Assembly (NCBI GenBank): GCA_045531955.1
Contig: JAZSFC010000011.1
Coordinates: 15,772 to 79,771, forward strand
DNA: 64,000 nucleotides
Origin: Lachnospiraceae bacterium
GTDB lineage: Bacteria; Bacillota; Clostridia; Lachnospirales; Lachnospiraceae
Direction: 5' to 3'
A model generated the notes under the pieces. It saw nothing but the letters and a program-made list of their open reading frames with translations, was not told where the DNA came from and made no database searches. Shown here piece by piece: positions 44,565 through 54,076 of the stretch (positions are counted from its first letter, which is position 1; each line of letters opens with the position of its first letter). The position numbers and the translations under genes are program-made.

Positions 44565-45182
44565 ATGAAAGTATTATTAGTAAACGGCAGCCCGAGACAT
44601 AAGGGAAACACAGCGTTAGCATTAGAAGAAATGGTAAAGGTTTTTGAAGCAGAAGGAATCGAAACAGAAGTACTTCATGTTGGAAATAAAGATATCCGTG
44701 GCTGTATTGCCTGCGGACAATGCGGAAAACTCGGAAAATGTGTGTTTGACGACATAGTAAATGAAGGTGCGGCAAAGCTTGCAGAGTGCGACGGTATGGT
44801 GGTAGGAAGTCCTGTTTATTATGCTTCGGCCAATGCAACTTTGATTGCATTTTTAGATCGTTTATTTTACAGTTCCCACTTTGACAAGACGATGAAGGTC
44901 GGTGCAGCGATTACTATTGCAAGACGCGGCGGCTGTTCCGCAACCTTTGATGAACTGAATAAGTATTTTACCATCAGCGGTATGCCGGTGTCTTCCAGCC
45001 AGTACTGGAACAGCGTGCATGGTGGTGGACCGGGTGAAGCAGCTCTGGATGCAGAAGGTATGCAGACTATGCGGACATTAGCCAGAAATATGGGCTTCTT
45101 AATGAAGAGTATTGCTCTTGGTAAGGAGCAGTTTGGACTTCCTGAAAAAGAAAGACACGCATGGACAAACTTTATCAGATAA
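44565..45182 (+). CDS. flavodoxin-like NAD(P)H-dependent FMN reductase / iron-sulfur flavoprotein
   Basis: MKVLLVNGSPRHKGNT N-terminus, Cys cluster CIACGQCGKLGKC. Confidence 0.8.
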   Translation: MKVLLVNGSPRHKGNTALALEEMVKVFEAEGIETEVLHVGNKDIRGCIACGQCGKLGKCVFDDIVNEGAAKLAECDGMVVGSPVYYASANATLIAFLDRLFYSSHFDKTMKVGAAITIARRGGCSATFDELNKYFTISGMPVSSSQYWNSVHGGGPGEAALDAEGMQTMRTLARNMGFLMKSIALGKEQFGLPEKERHAWTNFIR

Positions 45183-45226
45183 AGATAACGCAATAGAGTG
45201 GTATGAAAGCAGGAAGGTGGACCGAT

Positions 45227-45859
45227 ATGAAATACAGTGAATTACAACACCCATGGAACAGAATATTCGAATTGTCCTGGCAGTCTGTTTGTGCCGGAAG
45301 TAAAGCCATTGCGGCGGTGATTTTGTCTGAGGATGGAGAAATCATCTCCGAAGCAAGAAACCAAATCAGCGAGTTTAATATTCCGAATCCGCGATTACTT
45401 CACGCCGAGGTGGAGGCACTGCGCAACCTGGATATCAAAAAATATCCAAACCTCAAGGAGTACACACTATACGCAGGTTTGGAACCATGCCCGATGTGTG
45501 TGGGAACTCTTGCTATGAGTGGTCTTCGCAAGGTGGTGATTGCCACAAGAGATGCTTATGGTGGCTCCATGAGTCTGGTGGAGTGTAGTCCTTATATGAA
45601 ACGTAAGAACTTTGAAATTACATTTCTGGATAATGAGCTTGGCGATATGCAACGGGCATTCCAGATTATCAGGGAACTTTTATATAATGCAGATGATATC
45701 AAGCTGGGACGTATTCTTGCAGACTTCTCTGTATATAACAAGCGTGGCGTGGATGCAGCCTGTGCACTGGTGAAGGAAGGATTCTTTGCAGGTAGAGATT
45801 TAAAGGAAATTCCTGCTAGTGAAGTGTTTGATGAGTTGGCAAAGCGGATGGAGGAGTAA
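45227..45859 (+). CDS. CDA-fold nucleoside/nucleotide deaminase (TadA/GuaD-like)
   Basis: Zinc motifs HAEVEAL and PCPMCVG. Confidence 0.8.
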   Translation: MKYSELQHPWNRIFELSWQSVCAGSKAIAAVILSEDGEIISEARNQISEFNIPNPRLLHAEVEALRNLDIKKYPNLKEYTLYAGLEPCPMCVGTLAMSGLRKVVIATRDAYGGSMSLVECSPYMKRKNFEITFLDNELGDMQRAFQIIRELLYNADDIKLGRILADFSVYNKRGVDAACALVKEGFFAGRDLKEIPASEVFDELAKRMEE

Positions 45860-45861
45860 TA

Positions 45862-46611
45862 ATGATTATAGATTGTTTTGATATAGAAACAGAACCGATT
45901 ATCAGCCTGAAAGATTTTTATGGTGAACAAAAACATATTGTGGATACCTGTCTGATTATTTTCTCAGATGAAATACATAAACACCTGATGGAAACGTATG
46001 AATGTGAGCAAATTTCTGCACTCACCTGTTGTAATGGTGACATACCAATTTATAAGATGAATTACAAAGGAAAAGATATTGCCTTTTATTTAACCGGAAT
46101 CGGTTCCTCACTGGCTGCCTGTATGTGCTATGAAACAAATTGGCTGGTGGGAGCAACTAAATTTATTATGTTTGGTTCTTGCGGAAGTTTGGACAGAGAC
46201 AAAACAGAAGGCAAATTTATTCTTCCCACAGAAAGTTACCGTGGGGAAGGATGCTCCTATTATTTTGCAGAGCCGGCAGACTACATCAAGATAAGAAACA
46301 GTGATAAGCTTGCTGCCATATTTGACAAATTGGGTGCGCCGTATGTGCTTGGGAAGGTGTGGACCACAGACTCCATGATTAGGGAAACTAAGGGCCTGGT
46401 CGCAAAGCGGAAAGCGGAAGGCTGTATTGCGGTAGAAATGGAAGTGGCAGGAGTGCAGGCGGTGTGTGATTTCTATGGATTGGAATTATACGATTTCCTG
46501 GAAGCAGGAGATGTTTTGGAAGCAAGCGGATATGAAGTAGAAGGACTTCACGGGGCAAATCACAATTTGGGAAAATTGTATATTGCATTAGAGATTGCAT
46601 TACATGTGTAG
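45862..46611 (+). CDS. nucleoside phosphorylase family protein (uridine/purine phosphorylase-like)
   Basis: GIGSSLAA, FGSCGSL and AVEMEVAG motifs of the PNP_UDP_1 fold. Confidence 0.7.
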   Translation: MIIDCFDIETEPIISLKDFYGEQKHIVDTCLIIFSDEIHKHLMETYECEQISALTCCNGDIPIYKMNYKGKDIAFYLTGIGSSLAACMCYETNWLVGATKFIMFGSCGSLDRDKTEGKFILPTESYRGEGCSYYFAEPADYIKIRNSDKLAAIFDKLGAPYVLGKVWTTDSMIRETKGLVAKRKAEGCIAVEMEVAGVQAVCDFYGLELYDFLEAGDVLEASGYEVEGLHGANHNLGKLYIALEIALHV

Positions 46612-46673
46612 GTTTGGATGGAACGAAGTCCGTTTGGACGGGATAGGAATCAGATAAATAGGTGGAATTTGTA

Positions 46674-47099
46674 ATGATAAGAATAGCAACTGTAAATGAT
46701 GCAGAGCAATTAAATATCTTAAATATCGAATTTAATGGTGAGGGCGAAGCAAGTATAGATAATATTAGAAATTCCCTTAGGAATAATAAGCAGGAAGTTG
46801 TTGTCGTTGCTGATGCGGGTGATATGTTGGTTGGATTTGTTTGTGTTCAACTAAAGAAATCATTCTGCTATGATGACTATATGCCTGAAATTACGGAAGT
46901 GTATGTTAAGCCAACATATAGAAAAAGAGGTATTGCCAGCGAAATGATTACTTTTGCAGAAGCATATTGTAGTAAGAATTATGCAGTTCATAAGTATGAG
47001 CTTCTGACAGGAAAAGAGAATTTTGTTGCACAATCGGTATACGGTAAACTTGGATATATAGACGATAAGGAACTTCATTTATCAAAGAGGGTGAAGTAG
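46674..47099 (+). CDS. GNAT family N-acetyltransferase
   Basis: YRKRGIASEMI motif. First gene of the AT-rich sub-block. Confidence 0.75.
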   Translation: MIRIATVNDAEQLNILNIEFNGEGEASIDNIRNSLRNNKQEVVVVADAGDMLVGFVCVQLKKSFCYDDYMPEITEVYVKPTYRKRGIASEMITFAEAYCSKNYAVHKYELLTGKENFVAQSVYGKLGYIDDKELHLSKRVK

Positions 47100-47147
47100 T
47101 GAACGAATCCAATATATCAAACGGCTAGAAAAATTGGGGAGAAGAAA

Positions 47148-47951
47148 ATGAGAATCGGTATTATAGGATACGGAAATTTAGGTAAGGCGTTAGTCAGAGG
47201 CTTGATAGTAACCGGTTTTAGCCAAAAGGATATTGATATTAACGCTAGAACGCAAAAGACAAGAGATTCTGTTCGAGAGGAGTTTAAAGAAATTTATGTC
47301 CCTGACAACAAAGAGGAGTTAGTGAACCGGACAGATGTGATTATAGTAATAACTGAGCCTAAAAATGCGAAAGAGGTATTGAATGAAATCAAGGACTATA
47401 AAATCGACGGAAAAATAATCGTAAGCTTTATGGCCGGAATTACAATTGCGGAAATAAGAAGTATGTTAGGTGAAAATCATAATACGGTTAAAGTGGTCAG
47501 AGCTATGCCTAATATTGCAATTCAGGACGGAACCGGTGTAATAGGTGTTACATACGAAGAACAGGACTATGAAATAATTCAGGATGTACTGAATGTGTTG
47601 AAGAAATTAGGGTATGTATTGAGACTTAATGAAGAGGAGTTAAATTATATTACGGTAACAGTGGCAAGTGGGTTGGCTTTTGCGGCTTGTGTGATGAACT
47701 CCTATCAGAAAGCAGGTAATACACTATTTAATGACGATGAAATTTGCAAAGAAATAACGATTCGTGTTTTTGAAAATGCTATTAATATGGTCAAGAAAGA
47801 AAATTGTTCTTTTGCTGATATTGTCCGTCGGATTACTACAGAAGGTGGAACGACTGAGGCTGGAATGAAGCATTTTAATCAGGAGTTGATTACAGAGAAT
47901 CTCGAACTATGTATGAAAAAAGCTAATGAAAAAGCAAATAACATTCTGTAA
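47148..47951 (+). CDS. pyrroline-5-carboxylate reductase-family oxidoreductase
   Basis: Rossmann motif IGIIGYGNLGKAL, RAMPNIA, TEGGTTEAG. P5CR-like order and length (267 aa). Confidence 0.75.
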   Translation: MRIGIIGYGNLGKALVRGLIVTGFSQKDIDINARTQKTRDSVREEFKEIYVPDNKEELVNRTDVIIVITEPKNAKEVLNEIKDYKIDGKIIVSFMAGITIAEIRSMLGENHNTVKVVRAMPNIAIQDGTGVIGVTYEEQDYEIIQDVLNVLKKLGYVLRLNEEELNYITVTVASGLAFAACVMNSYQKAGNTLFNDDEICKEITIRVFENAINMVKKENCSFADIVRRITTEGGTTEAGMKHFNQELITENLELCMKKANEKANNIL

Positions 47952-47982
47952 CAATGTTGAAGAGCATAAGGAGAACAAAACA

Positions 47983-48375
47983 GTGAATGAAGAATGGAAA
48001 AGGTTATATGAAGAAGCAATGAGCGTTTTGAATCCTCATGATGTTTCAAATAAAATGTGGGTAGGGAGTGTGGCCTCTGCCGTACTCACGAAAAAAGGTA
48101 ATATTTATAAGGGGATATGCATTGACACGGATGGCTCTATAGGGATGTGTGCGGAAAGAAATGCTTTATCAACAATGCTTACATATGGTGAAAGTGAGAT
48201 TACAAAAGTGGTTTCCGTATATAAAGATGGAAGTGTAATTCCATCTTGTGGTATTTGCAGAGAGTTTATGATGCATTTAGGGGGAGATGTGGAAAATATT
48301 GAAATTCTATTGGATAAAGAAGGGCGGACGACAAAATTGATTGATTTAATGCCGGAATATCCACGATATAAGTAA
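47983..48375 (+). CDS. cytidine-deaminase-fold protein, blasticidin-S-deaminase-like
   Basis: CAERNA and PSCGICRE zinc motifs, about 130 aa. Resembles BSD/Bsr layout from memory. GTG start 47983 has RBS AAGGAG 9 nt upstream. Confidence 0.65.
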   Translation: MNEEWKRLYEEAMSVLNPHDVSNKMWVGSVASAVLTKKGNIYKGICIDTDGSIGMCAERNALSTMLTYGESEITKVVSVYKDGSVIPSCGICREFMMHLGGDVENIEILLDKEGRTTKLIDLMPEYPRYK

Positions 48376-48474
48376 GTATCAATGTGTAAAACAGTTCGAC
48401 AAACTTGAATAGGTCGAACAGATGAATAAGGATTTAAACAGATAAGGCAATTCAGAAAGGATGTTAATGGATAT

Positions 48475-49227
48475 ATGATAAAAATAGCGATAGTAGGATG
48501 TACTGGTAAATTGGGTAGTGCTATTATGAAAAACACTTTAAAAAGCACGGATGTTCAGATTAGATATGCCATTGCGAGAAATGGCAACCAGTATGTTGGT
48601 AAAAGTGTATCTGAGCTTATTGGTGGCAATAGTGAATTGATGATTATAGATGATATTGAATTAGCAGATGATTGCGATATTTATATCGATTGTACTAATG
48701 CAGAAACTTTTATGAATAATAGCTATTCAAAATATGAGAAAATGCAGAAACCGCTTATTATAGCAACAACTGCGTTTTCGAGAGAAGATATAGAAAAAAT
48801 CAATCTATTGGCAGCGAATATTCCTGTTTTTATGTCTGGAAATTTCAGTGTAGCATTACATGATTTTATTGAAACAATTAAGTTTTATGCAAGTAAGATT
48901 AGCTTAGATACAGATATTCAAATAGTGGAGTATCATCATAACCAAAAGAAAGACGCTCCTAGTGGAACTGCATTGATGATAAAAGAGGCACTTTTAGATG
49001 CAAACAAAGCAATTGACAGAAATAAAGTTACTATTTGCAGTATTAGAGGTGGTAATATCTTTGGAGAACATGAAGTGATTTTTGCAAATTGTAAAGACGA
49101 GATTGTAACATTTAAACATCAAGTATCATCAAGGGAACCTTTTGCCGACGGAGCAATTGAAGTATCAAAGTGGATACTTAACCAGACAAATGGGTTATAT
49201 ACCATGGATGATTTCTGTCATGTATAA
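48475..49227 (+). CDS. DapB-family (4-hydroxy-tetrahydrodipicolinate reductase-like) oxidoreductase
   Basis: IAIVGCTGKLGS Rossmann motif and the DapB signature EYHHNQKKDAPSGTAL. Confidence 0.75.
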   Translation: MIKIAIVGCTGKLGSAIMKNTLKSTDVQIRYAIARNGNQYVGKSVSELIGGNSELMIIDDIELADDCDIYIDCTNAETFMNNSYSKYEKMQKPLIIATTAFSREDIEKINLLAANIPVFMSGNFSVALHDFIETIKFYASKISLDTDIQIVEYHHNQKKDAPSGTALMIKEALLDANKAIDRNKVTICSIRGGNIFGEHEVIFANCKDEIVTFKHQVSSREPFADGAIEVSKWILNQTNGLYTMDDFCHV

Positions 49228-49307
49228 TGCACAAATGACTGATTAAATTCAATTTGTAGTAGTTGATAAATTCCAATTTTCCTAACAGAAAGGAGTACTT
49301 ACAAAAT

Positions 49308-49835
49308 ATGACAGAACTAAATTTGATAAAAGCAACAGACCTTCTTCCTTCCGGCATCATGGAGTTCCGGCAGGCATTTTTATCCGCCGAAGAGTGCTCC
49401 ATCCCCGGCAGCAGAGGCTTACACCACTATGATAAATACGAGGACTGGCTTTGGCTGGTTAACGAATGTTCAAAACCTGATAATACAGCCCTTGGTGTGC
49501 GGGCCAGTACATACTTTGCAACAAGAAAAAGTGATGGTACAGTGGTTGGCTGCATTGAACTGCGCCACACGTTAAATGAGTCTTTGACGGTAATCGGCGG
49601 GCATATTGGTTTTAGCGTGATACCGGAAGAGCGCAGAAAAGGGTATGCCACAGAAATGCTGAAACAGATGCTTGCAGTGGCTAAGAAAACAGGCATTGAC
49701 AAAGTCCTGCTGACCTGTGATACCGACAATGTTGCATCCTGCAAAACCACAGAAAAGTGCGGCGGAAAGAAGGAACAGGAAGAACCGTTTGTATTGGATG
49801 GAGAGCAGTATTATAAGTATTGGATCACTCTGTAA
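49308..49835 (+). CDS. GNAT family N-acetyltransferase
   Basis: ERRKGYATEML motif. ATG 49308 preferred. Confidence 0.7.
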   Translation: MTELNLIKATDLLPSGIMEFRQAFLSAEECSIPGSRGLHHYDKYEDWLWLVNECSKPDNTALGVRASTYFATRKSDGTVVGCIELRHTLNESLTVIGGHIGFSVIPEERRKGYATEMLKQMLAVAKKTGIDKVLLTCDTDNVASCKTTEKCGGKKEQEEPFVLDGEQYYKYWITL

Positions 49836-49855
49836 AGAGAAATTGAGGAAAACAA

Positions 49856-50434
49856 ATGAGAGATTTTATATTTATTATCGGACCCAGCGGCGTTGGTAAA
49901 ACTACCTTGTCAAAGGGACTGTTTGAGCATTACAAAGGTGCTTTTGCGGAAATGAGCATGGTGCCGGAATTCGGTGTCCCGGAGGGGGTCGATGCCGGAA
50001 TTTTTGAAGAAAATGTCTGCTGGGAATGTTGTGTGGCACAGCTGAAAAAGTTCCATGAGCTGGGCATTAAAAATGTTATCAGCGGAGATTTTGATGACCT
50101 GCGCACCAGAGAGATTCCGGTGGTGTTTAAAGGTTATAACTATATTACGCTAAAACTGGTTTGCAGTGATTATGAGCAGAATTACAATCAAATGAAGCAT
50201 CGCGTAGAAGGGCTGACTGATTTTGAACTGTTAGAGAAAATGACAAAGAAAATAAGGTCCCGTCCGCTCTTGATAAATGAGTTTCAAATTGATGTGGCAG
50301 GGAAGTCATCGGCGGAAGTGCTGAACGAAGCAGTTGCGTTAATTGATACTGCAGAGACGAAGCAGGACTATGAGTACGAGAGGCCGCCGAAGGAACAATT
50401 CTATTCCTGGGTGTGGAGCAACGGATTAAGATAA
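49856..50434 (+). CDS. P-loop kinase-like protein
   Basis: Walker A GPSGVGKTT at the N-terminus. 192 aa. Confidence 0.6.
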   Translation: MRDFIFIIGPSGVGKTTLSKGLFEHYKGAFAEMSMVPEFGVPEGVDAGIFEENVCWECCVAQLKKFHELGIKNVISGDFDDLRTREIPVVFKGYNYITLKLVCSDYEQNYNQMKHRVEGLTDFELLEKMTKKIRSRPLLINEFQIDVAGKSSAEVLNEAVALIDTAETKQDYEYERPPKEQFYSWVWSNGLR

Positions 50435-50450
50435 AAAATGGAGAAAAGAC

Positions 50451-51095
50451 ATGAAATACCAACTGGCAATTTTTGATTTAGACGGAACATTACTGGACAC
50501 CTTGGAGGATTTGACGGACAGTACCAATTATATTATGCGGCAATTTGGATATCCGGAGCGGACGTTATCGGAGGTTAGAAGTTTTGTAGGTAACGGCATC
50601 CGGAAGCTTTTGGAGCGCAGTGCACCAAGCGGTACATCCTCAGAAGAAATTGATCGGATGTTTGAGCAGTTTAAGGAGCATTACGGAGTGCATTGCGCGG
50701 ATAAAACAAAGCCATATGATGGAATTATGGAACTGTTGGGTACCTTGAAGAAACAGAGCGTCAAGTTGGCAGTGGTGTCCAACAAGGCGGATTATGCGGT
50801 AAAGTCCCTTTGTGAGCAGTATTTTCCGGACTATTTTGATGAAGCGGTGGGCGAACGTTTCGGAATCGCCAGAAAGCCCGCACCGGATACGGTAAATGAG
50901 GTATTAAAGAATTTACAGCTGGAAAAGTCTCAGGCAGTATACATCGGGGATTCCGAGGTGGATGTGCAGACTGCCCGGAATGCGGAACTGGATTGCATTG
51001 CGGTGGACTGGGGCTTTCGGGATGCTTCGGTATTAAAAAAAGCTGGGGCTGAAACTATTGTATCAACCCCGGCAAAACTGTTACAGTACATGTAA
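50451..51095 (+). CDS. HAD-superfamily phosphatase (phosphoglycolate phosphatase-like)
   Basis: Motif I FDLDGTLLDT, motif II VVSNK, motif IV GDSEVD. Confidence 0.85.
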   Translation: MKYQLAIFDLDGTLLDTLEDLTDSTNYIMRQFGYPERTLSEVRSFVGNGIRKLLERSAPSGTSSEEIDRMFEQFKEHYGVHCADKTKPYDGIMELLGTLKKQSVKLAVVSNKADYAVKSLCEQYFPDYFDEAVGERFGIARKPAPDTVNEVLKNLQLEKSQAVYIGDSEVDVQTARNAELDCIAVDWGFRDASVLKKAGAETIVSTPAKLLQYM

Positions 51096-51096
51096 C

Positions 51097-51627
51097 TTAT
51101 TTTTGGTTTTTGCTTGCAAAATCCGATACGACCTTCTTCCAGTGCTCGGAAATAAAGCCTTTTTCAATGTCTTTGACATCGATGTAATAGCCGGATAGAA
51201 TGCATTGCATGGCTGCTTCGGCCACCATGGCCTCATAGGTATAAGGCTGGCTTAGGTAGTCCTCAATCTCCATGTTCATTTTTTCGTCGATGCCATCAAT
51301 GGCACAGCGGTATAATAGGTTTTCGCGACCTAAAAAGTTTCCCATGTCGATAAGACAGTTGATGCCTTTTTTGATGTCGTCCATGGTCTTGCGGCCCTTA
51401 TAATCTGTGACCTTTTTACCGCCGTGCAACAGGTTGTCGATGGTGGTGTCAAGGACTTCCGCAAGGGTAACAAAGGTGGAAATGTCCGGCAAAGTTTCGC
51501 CCCGTTCCCATTTGGAAACGGCTTGAAAGGAAACACCGACCATATCGCCGAGCTGGTTCTGGGTGTAGCCTTTGGATTTGCGCAGGGACTGTATCTGATA
51601 ACCGATAGTTGATAAATTTAATTCCAT
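51097..51627 (-). CDS. XRE-family transcriptional regulator with C-terminal domain
   Basis: GYTQNQLGDMVGVSFQAVSKWERGETLPD HTH. 176 aa. The only minus-strand gene in the array. Confidence 0.85.
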   Translation of the reverse strand: MELNLSTIGYQIQSLRKSKGYTQNQLGDMVGVSFQAVSKWERGETLPDISTFVTLAEVLDTTIDNLLHGGKKVTDYKGRKTMDDIKKGINCLIDMGNFLGRENLLYRCAIDGIDEKMNMEIEDYLSQPYTYEAMVAEAAMQCILSGYYIDVKDIEKGFISEHWKKVVSDFASKNQK

Positions 51628-51777
51628 AATCGTGTTCTCCTTTTGTGTTGATTTACGTTGTGAATCGATTCTGGATTTATCATAACGGAAAAATAAGAAA
51701 GTTACAATAACCGGGTATTTGAAATGGAGGAAAAGAAATTCTAGCGAGAGTAGAAATTTGATAGGAGGAAATCAAAC

Positions 51778-52179
51778 ATGGACTGCATATTTTGCAAAAT
51801 GGTTAAAGGGGAGAAGCCTTGCCTAAAGGTTTATGAAGATGACAACACCCTCGTTTTTATGGATACAATGAAGGATGCGGACGGACATATGGTTGCACTG
51901 CCGAAAAAGCATGTGGAAAACATTCTGGATTGTGATGCGGAAACGTTGAATCAACTGATGGGTACCGTAAAGAAAGTTGCAAATCATTGTGTGGATGATT
52001 GCGGCTATGAAGGTATTAATTTGATTGGTACAAACGGCAGAGCTGCTGACCAGTGTGTTCCGCATTTTCATTTGCACATTATTCCGAGACGGATGAATGA
52101 TAATGTGGAGGCCTGGCCTGCGTTTGGCGGTGCAAAATGTGATGTAGAAGAAATCTATGAAAAAATCAGAATGAAGTGA
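51778..52179 (+). CDS. HIT-family nucleotide hydrolase/transferase
   Basis: Histidine triad HFHLHIIP. CIFC N-terminal motif. Confidence 0.88.
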   Translation: MDCIFCKMVKGEKPCLKVYEDDNTLVFMDTMKDADGHMVALPKKHVENILDCDAETLNQLMGTVKKVANHCVDDCGYEGINLIGTNGRAADQCVPHFHLHIIPRRMNDNVEAWPAFGGAKCDVEEIYEKIRMK

Positions 52180-52196
52180 TTTTATAGGAGGAAACT

Positions 52197-52772
52197 ATGA
52201 CAACCGTATATTTTGTGCGCCATGCGCAGCCAAATTATGAAAATCATGATGATAAACTGCGGGAACTGACCGCCAAAGGCTTGGAGGACAGAAAACTGGT
52301 AACAAAGTTTCTTGAAGATAAAAATGTAGATGTGGTTTTATCCAGTCCTTTCCATCGTTCTATTGATACGGTCCGTCATTTTGCGGATTCCAAAGGTTTA
52401 GAAATCGCTATTATTGATGATTTTCGTGAACGTCGTATTGACAGCGTTTGGATTGAGGATTTCACCGGTTTTTGTAAAAAACAATGGGAGGATTTTTCTT
52501 ACAAATTGTCTGATGGTGAGTGTTTGGCTGAGGTGCAGGAAAGAAATATTTCTGCATTGAATCAGGTGCTTAAAGAATATGCAGGAAAAACTATCGTTGT
52601 AGGAAGTCATGGAACTGCATTGAGTACCATTGTAAATTACTATGATAACAGCTTTGGATATGCGGAGTTTGAAAAGATTCGTGCGCTGATGCCTTGGGTA
52701 GTGGAGTTTACCTTTGATGGCCGGAAGTGTGTTGGGATTAAACAGTATAACTTGTTTGAAATTTATGCATAG
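52197..52772 (+). CDS. histidine phosphatase family protein
   Basis: VYFVRHAQ (RH-type catalytic motif), VVGSHGTAL second His motif. Confidence 0.8.
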   Translation: MTTVYFVRHAQPNYENHDDKLRELTAKGLEDRKLVTKFLEDKNVDVVLSSPFHRSIDTVRHFADSKGLEIAIIDDFRERRIDSVWIEDFTGFCKKQWEDFSYKLSDGECLAEVQERNISALNQVLKEYAGKTIVVGSHGTALSTIVNYYDNSFGYAEFEKIRALMPWVVEFTFDGRKCVGIKQYNLFEIYA

Positions 52773-52802
52773 AACACGTTATTACAATAAGTGGAGAAAA
52801 GT

Positions 52803-53561
52803 ATGATTTTCAACTCAAAAAATCAAGAACAAATTTTGCGAAAAGTTTATAATTTACGCAAGGCTCATAAAGACGGTCTCCTCGGCGGGGAAAAAATGCC
52901 GGAGGATGAAAATCCCCATTTGGATAAGGGCTCCAAGGAAAACTATATGTATTTTACTTTTCCTATGGCGCTGAACTATCAGAGAAATTCCTATGTATTG
53001 TGGGAATGTGCAAACCGCATGTATGCGGATGAAGCGGCAAGAAGTGTGTTTGACAGTAAAGCAGTCTGCGCCATGTCAGAAGAAGTTTTGCGGGATATCT
53101 TGGTAAAGTACAAAGTTGCCCTGCAGCCGAACAAGCAGCCCGTTATTTGGAAAACCTTGTGCCAAACCATTGAAAATACGCTGGATGGCGATATCCGCAA
53201 CTTGTTTCTTTACAATGATTTTTCTGTAAAGAAAGTGAAGGAATACATACAGTCTCACAAAAAGGAGTTCCCGTATCTTGGCGGCAACAAAATCTGTAAC
53301 TACTGGTTGTATGTGCTGGAGCAGTATACAGATATTAGATTTGTGGACCGGGAAAACATCACGGTGGCACCGGATACCCATGTGGTACAGGCAAGTACAA
53401 GGCTTGGAGTGATTTCTGAGGAAGAAGCGGAAAGCTCCCATGTACAGGAACTTTTGGCAAATCGTTGGGCGGAACTTTTGCATGGTACAGAGTTGGTACC
53501 AATAGACGTGCATACACCGATGTGGCTGTGGAGCAGAGGAAAATTTGAGGTAGAGATATGA
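52803..53561 (+). CDS. hypothetical protein (possibly HhH-type glycosylase-like; uncertain)
   Basis: 252 aa with no motif I can assign confidently. Coding is supported by tight packing and an ATGA overlap with the next gene. Confidence 0.3.
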   Translation: MIFNSKNQEQILRKVYNLRKAHKDGLLGGEKMPEDENPHLDKGSKENYMYFTFPMALNYQRNSYVLWECANRMYADEAARSVFDSKAVCAMSEEVLRDILVKYKVALQPNKQPVIWKTLCQTIENTLDGDIRNLFLYNDFSVKKVKEYIQSHKKEFPYLGGNKICNYWLYVLEQYTDIRFVDRENITVAPDTHVVQASTRLGVISEEEAESSHVQELLANRWAELLHGTELVPIDVHTPMWLWSRGKFEVEI

Positions 53562-54049
53562 TTACAATCAGACTGATGGAAGACACCATGGAAGATTATA
53601 CTGCTATGCGGAGCTGGTTTTTGGAGCCGGAGTTGAAGCAGTGGGTTTGGTGTGATGAAAAGGATGAAACAGACGTGCCGCTGGAACGAATCATTGAAAA
53701 GTATGGTTCCAGGGTGAAGAGCCTGACAGATGTATTTCCTTACTTTATTTTGCGGGATGGAGAGTCTATCGGTTTTATTCAGTACTATATTCAGGACGAG
53801 GAAACCATTGGACTGGATATGTGGATTGGCACCGTGCAGGAGAGGAACCATGGCTATGGCAGTGAGGCCCTTCGGCAGATGGTGGAGCTGATTCACGAAA
53901 AGCATCCGCAGGTAAAGGAATTGTTCATTGACCCTGAGGTGGATAATATCCGGGCAATTAAGTGCTATCAGAAGGCGGGATTTCAACCGGTGGAGGAAAT
54001 CGTGGGTGAAGAGGGAGACAAGTGTCTGTTGATGAAGATTATATTTTAA
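53558..54049 (+). CDS. GNAT family N-acetyltransferase (AAC(6')-like size)
   Basis: ERNHGYGSEALRQM and AIKCYQKAGF motifs. Confidence 0.75.
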   Translation: MITIRLMEDTMEDYTAMRSWFLEPELKQWVWCDEKDETDVPLERIIEKYGSRVKSLTDVFPYFILRDGESIGFIQYYIQDEETIGLDMWIGTVQERNHGYGSEALRQMVELIHEKHPQVKELFIDPEVDNIRAIKCYQKAGFQPVEEIVGEEGDKCLLMKIIF

Positions 54050-54076
54050 GAAAAGACCAATGGAGAGTACAAAAAT

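Noticed and set aside
46612-46673. Short direct repeat GTTTGGA(T/C)GG twice at the left edge of the AT-rich sub-block, as a possible insertion scar
   Set aside because: It is only about 9 nt long, and I found no matching copy at the right edge (49228-49307). It is too short to distinguish from chance.
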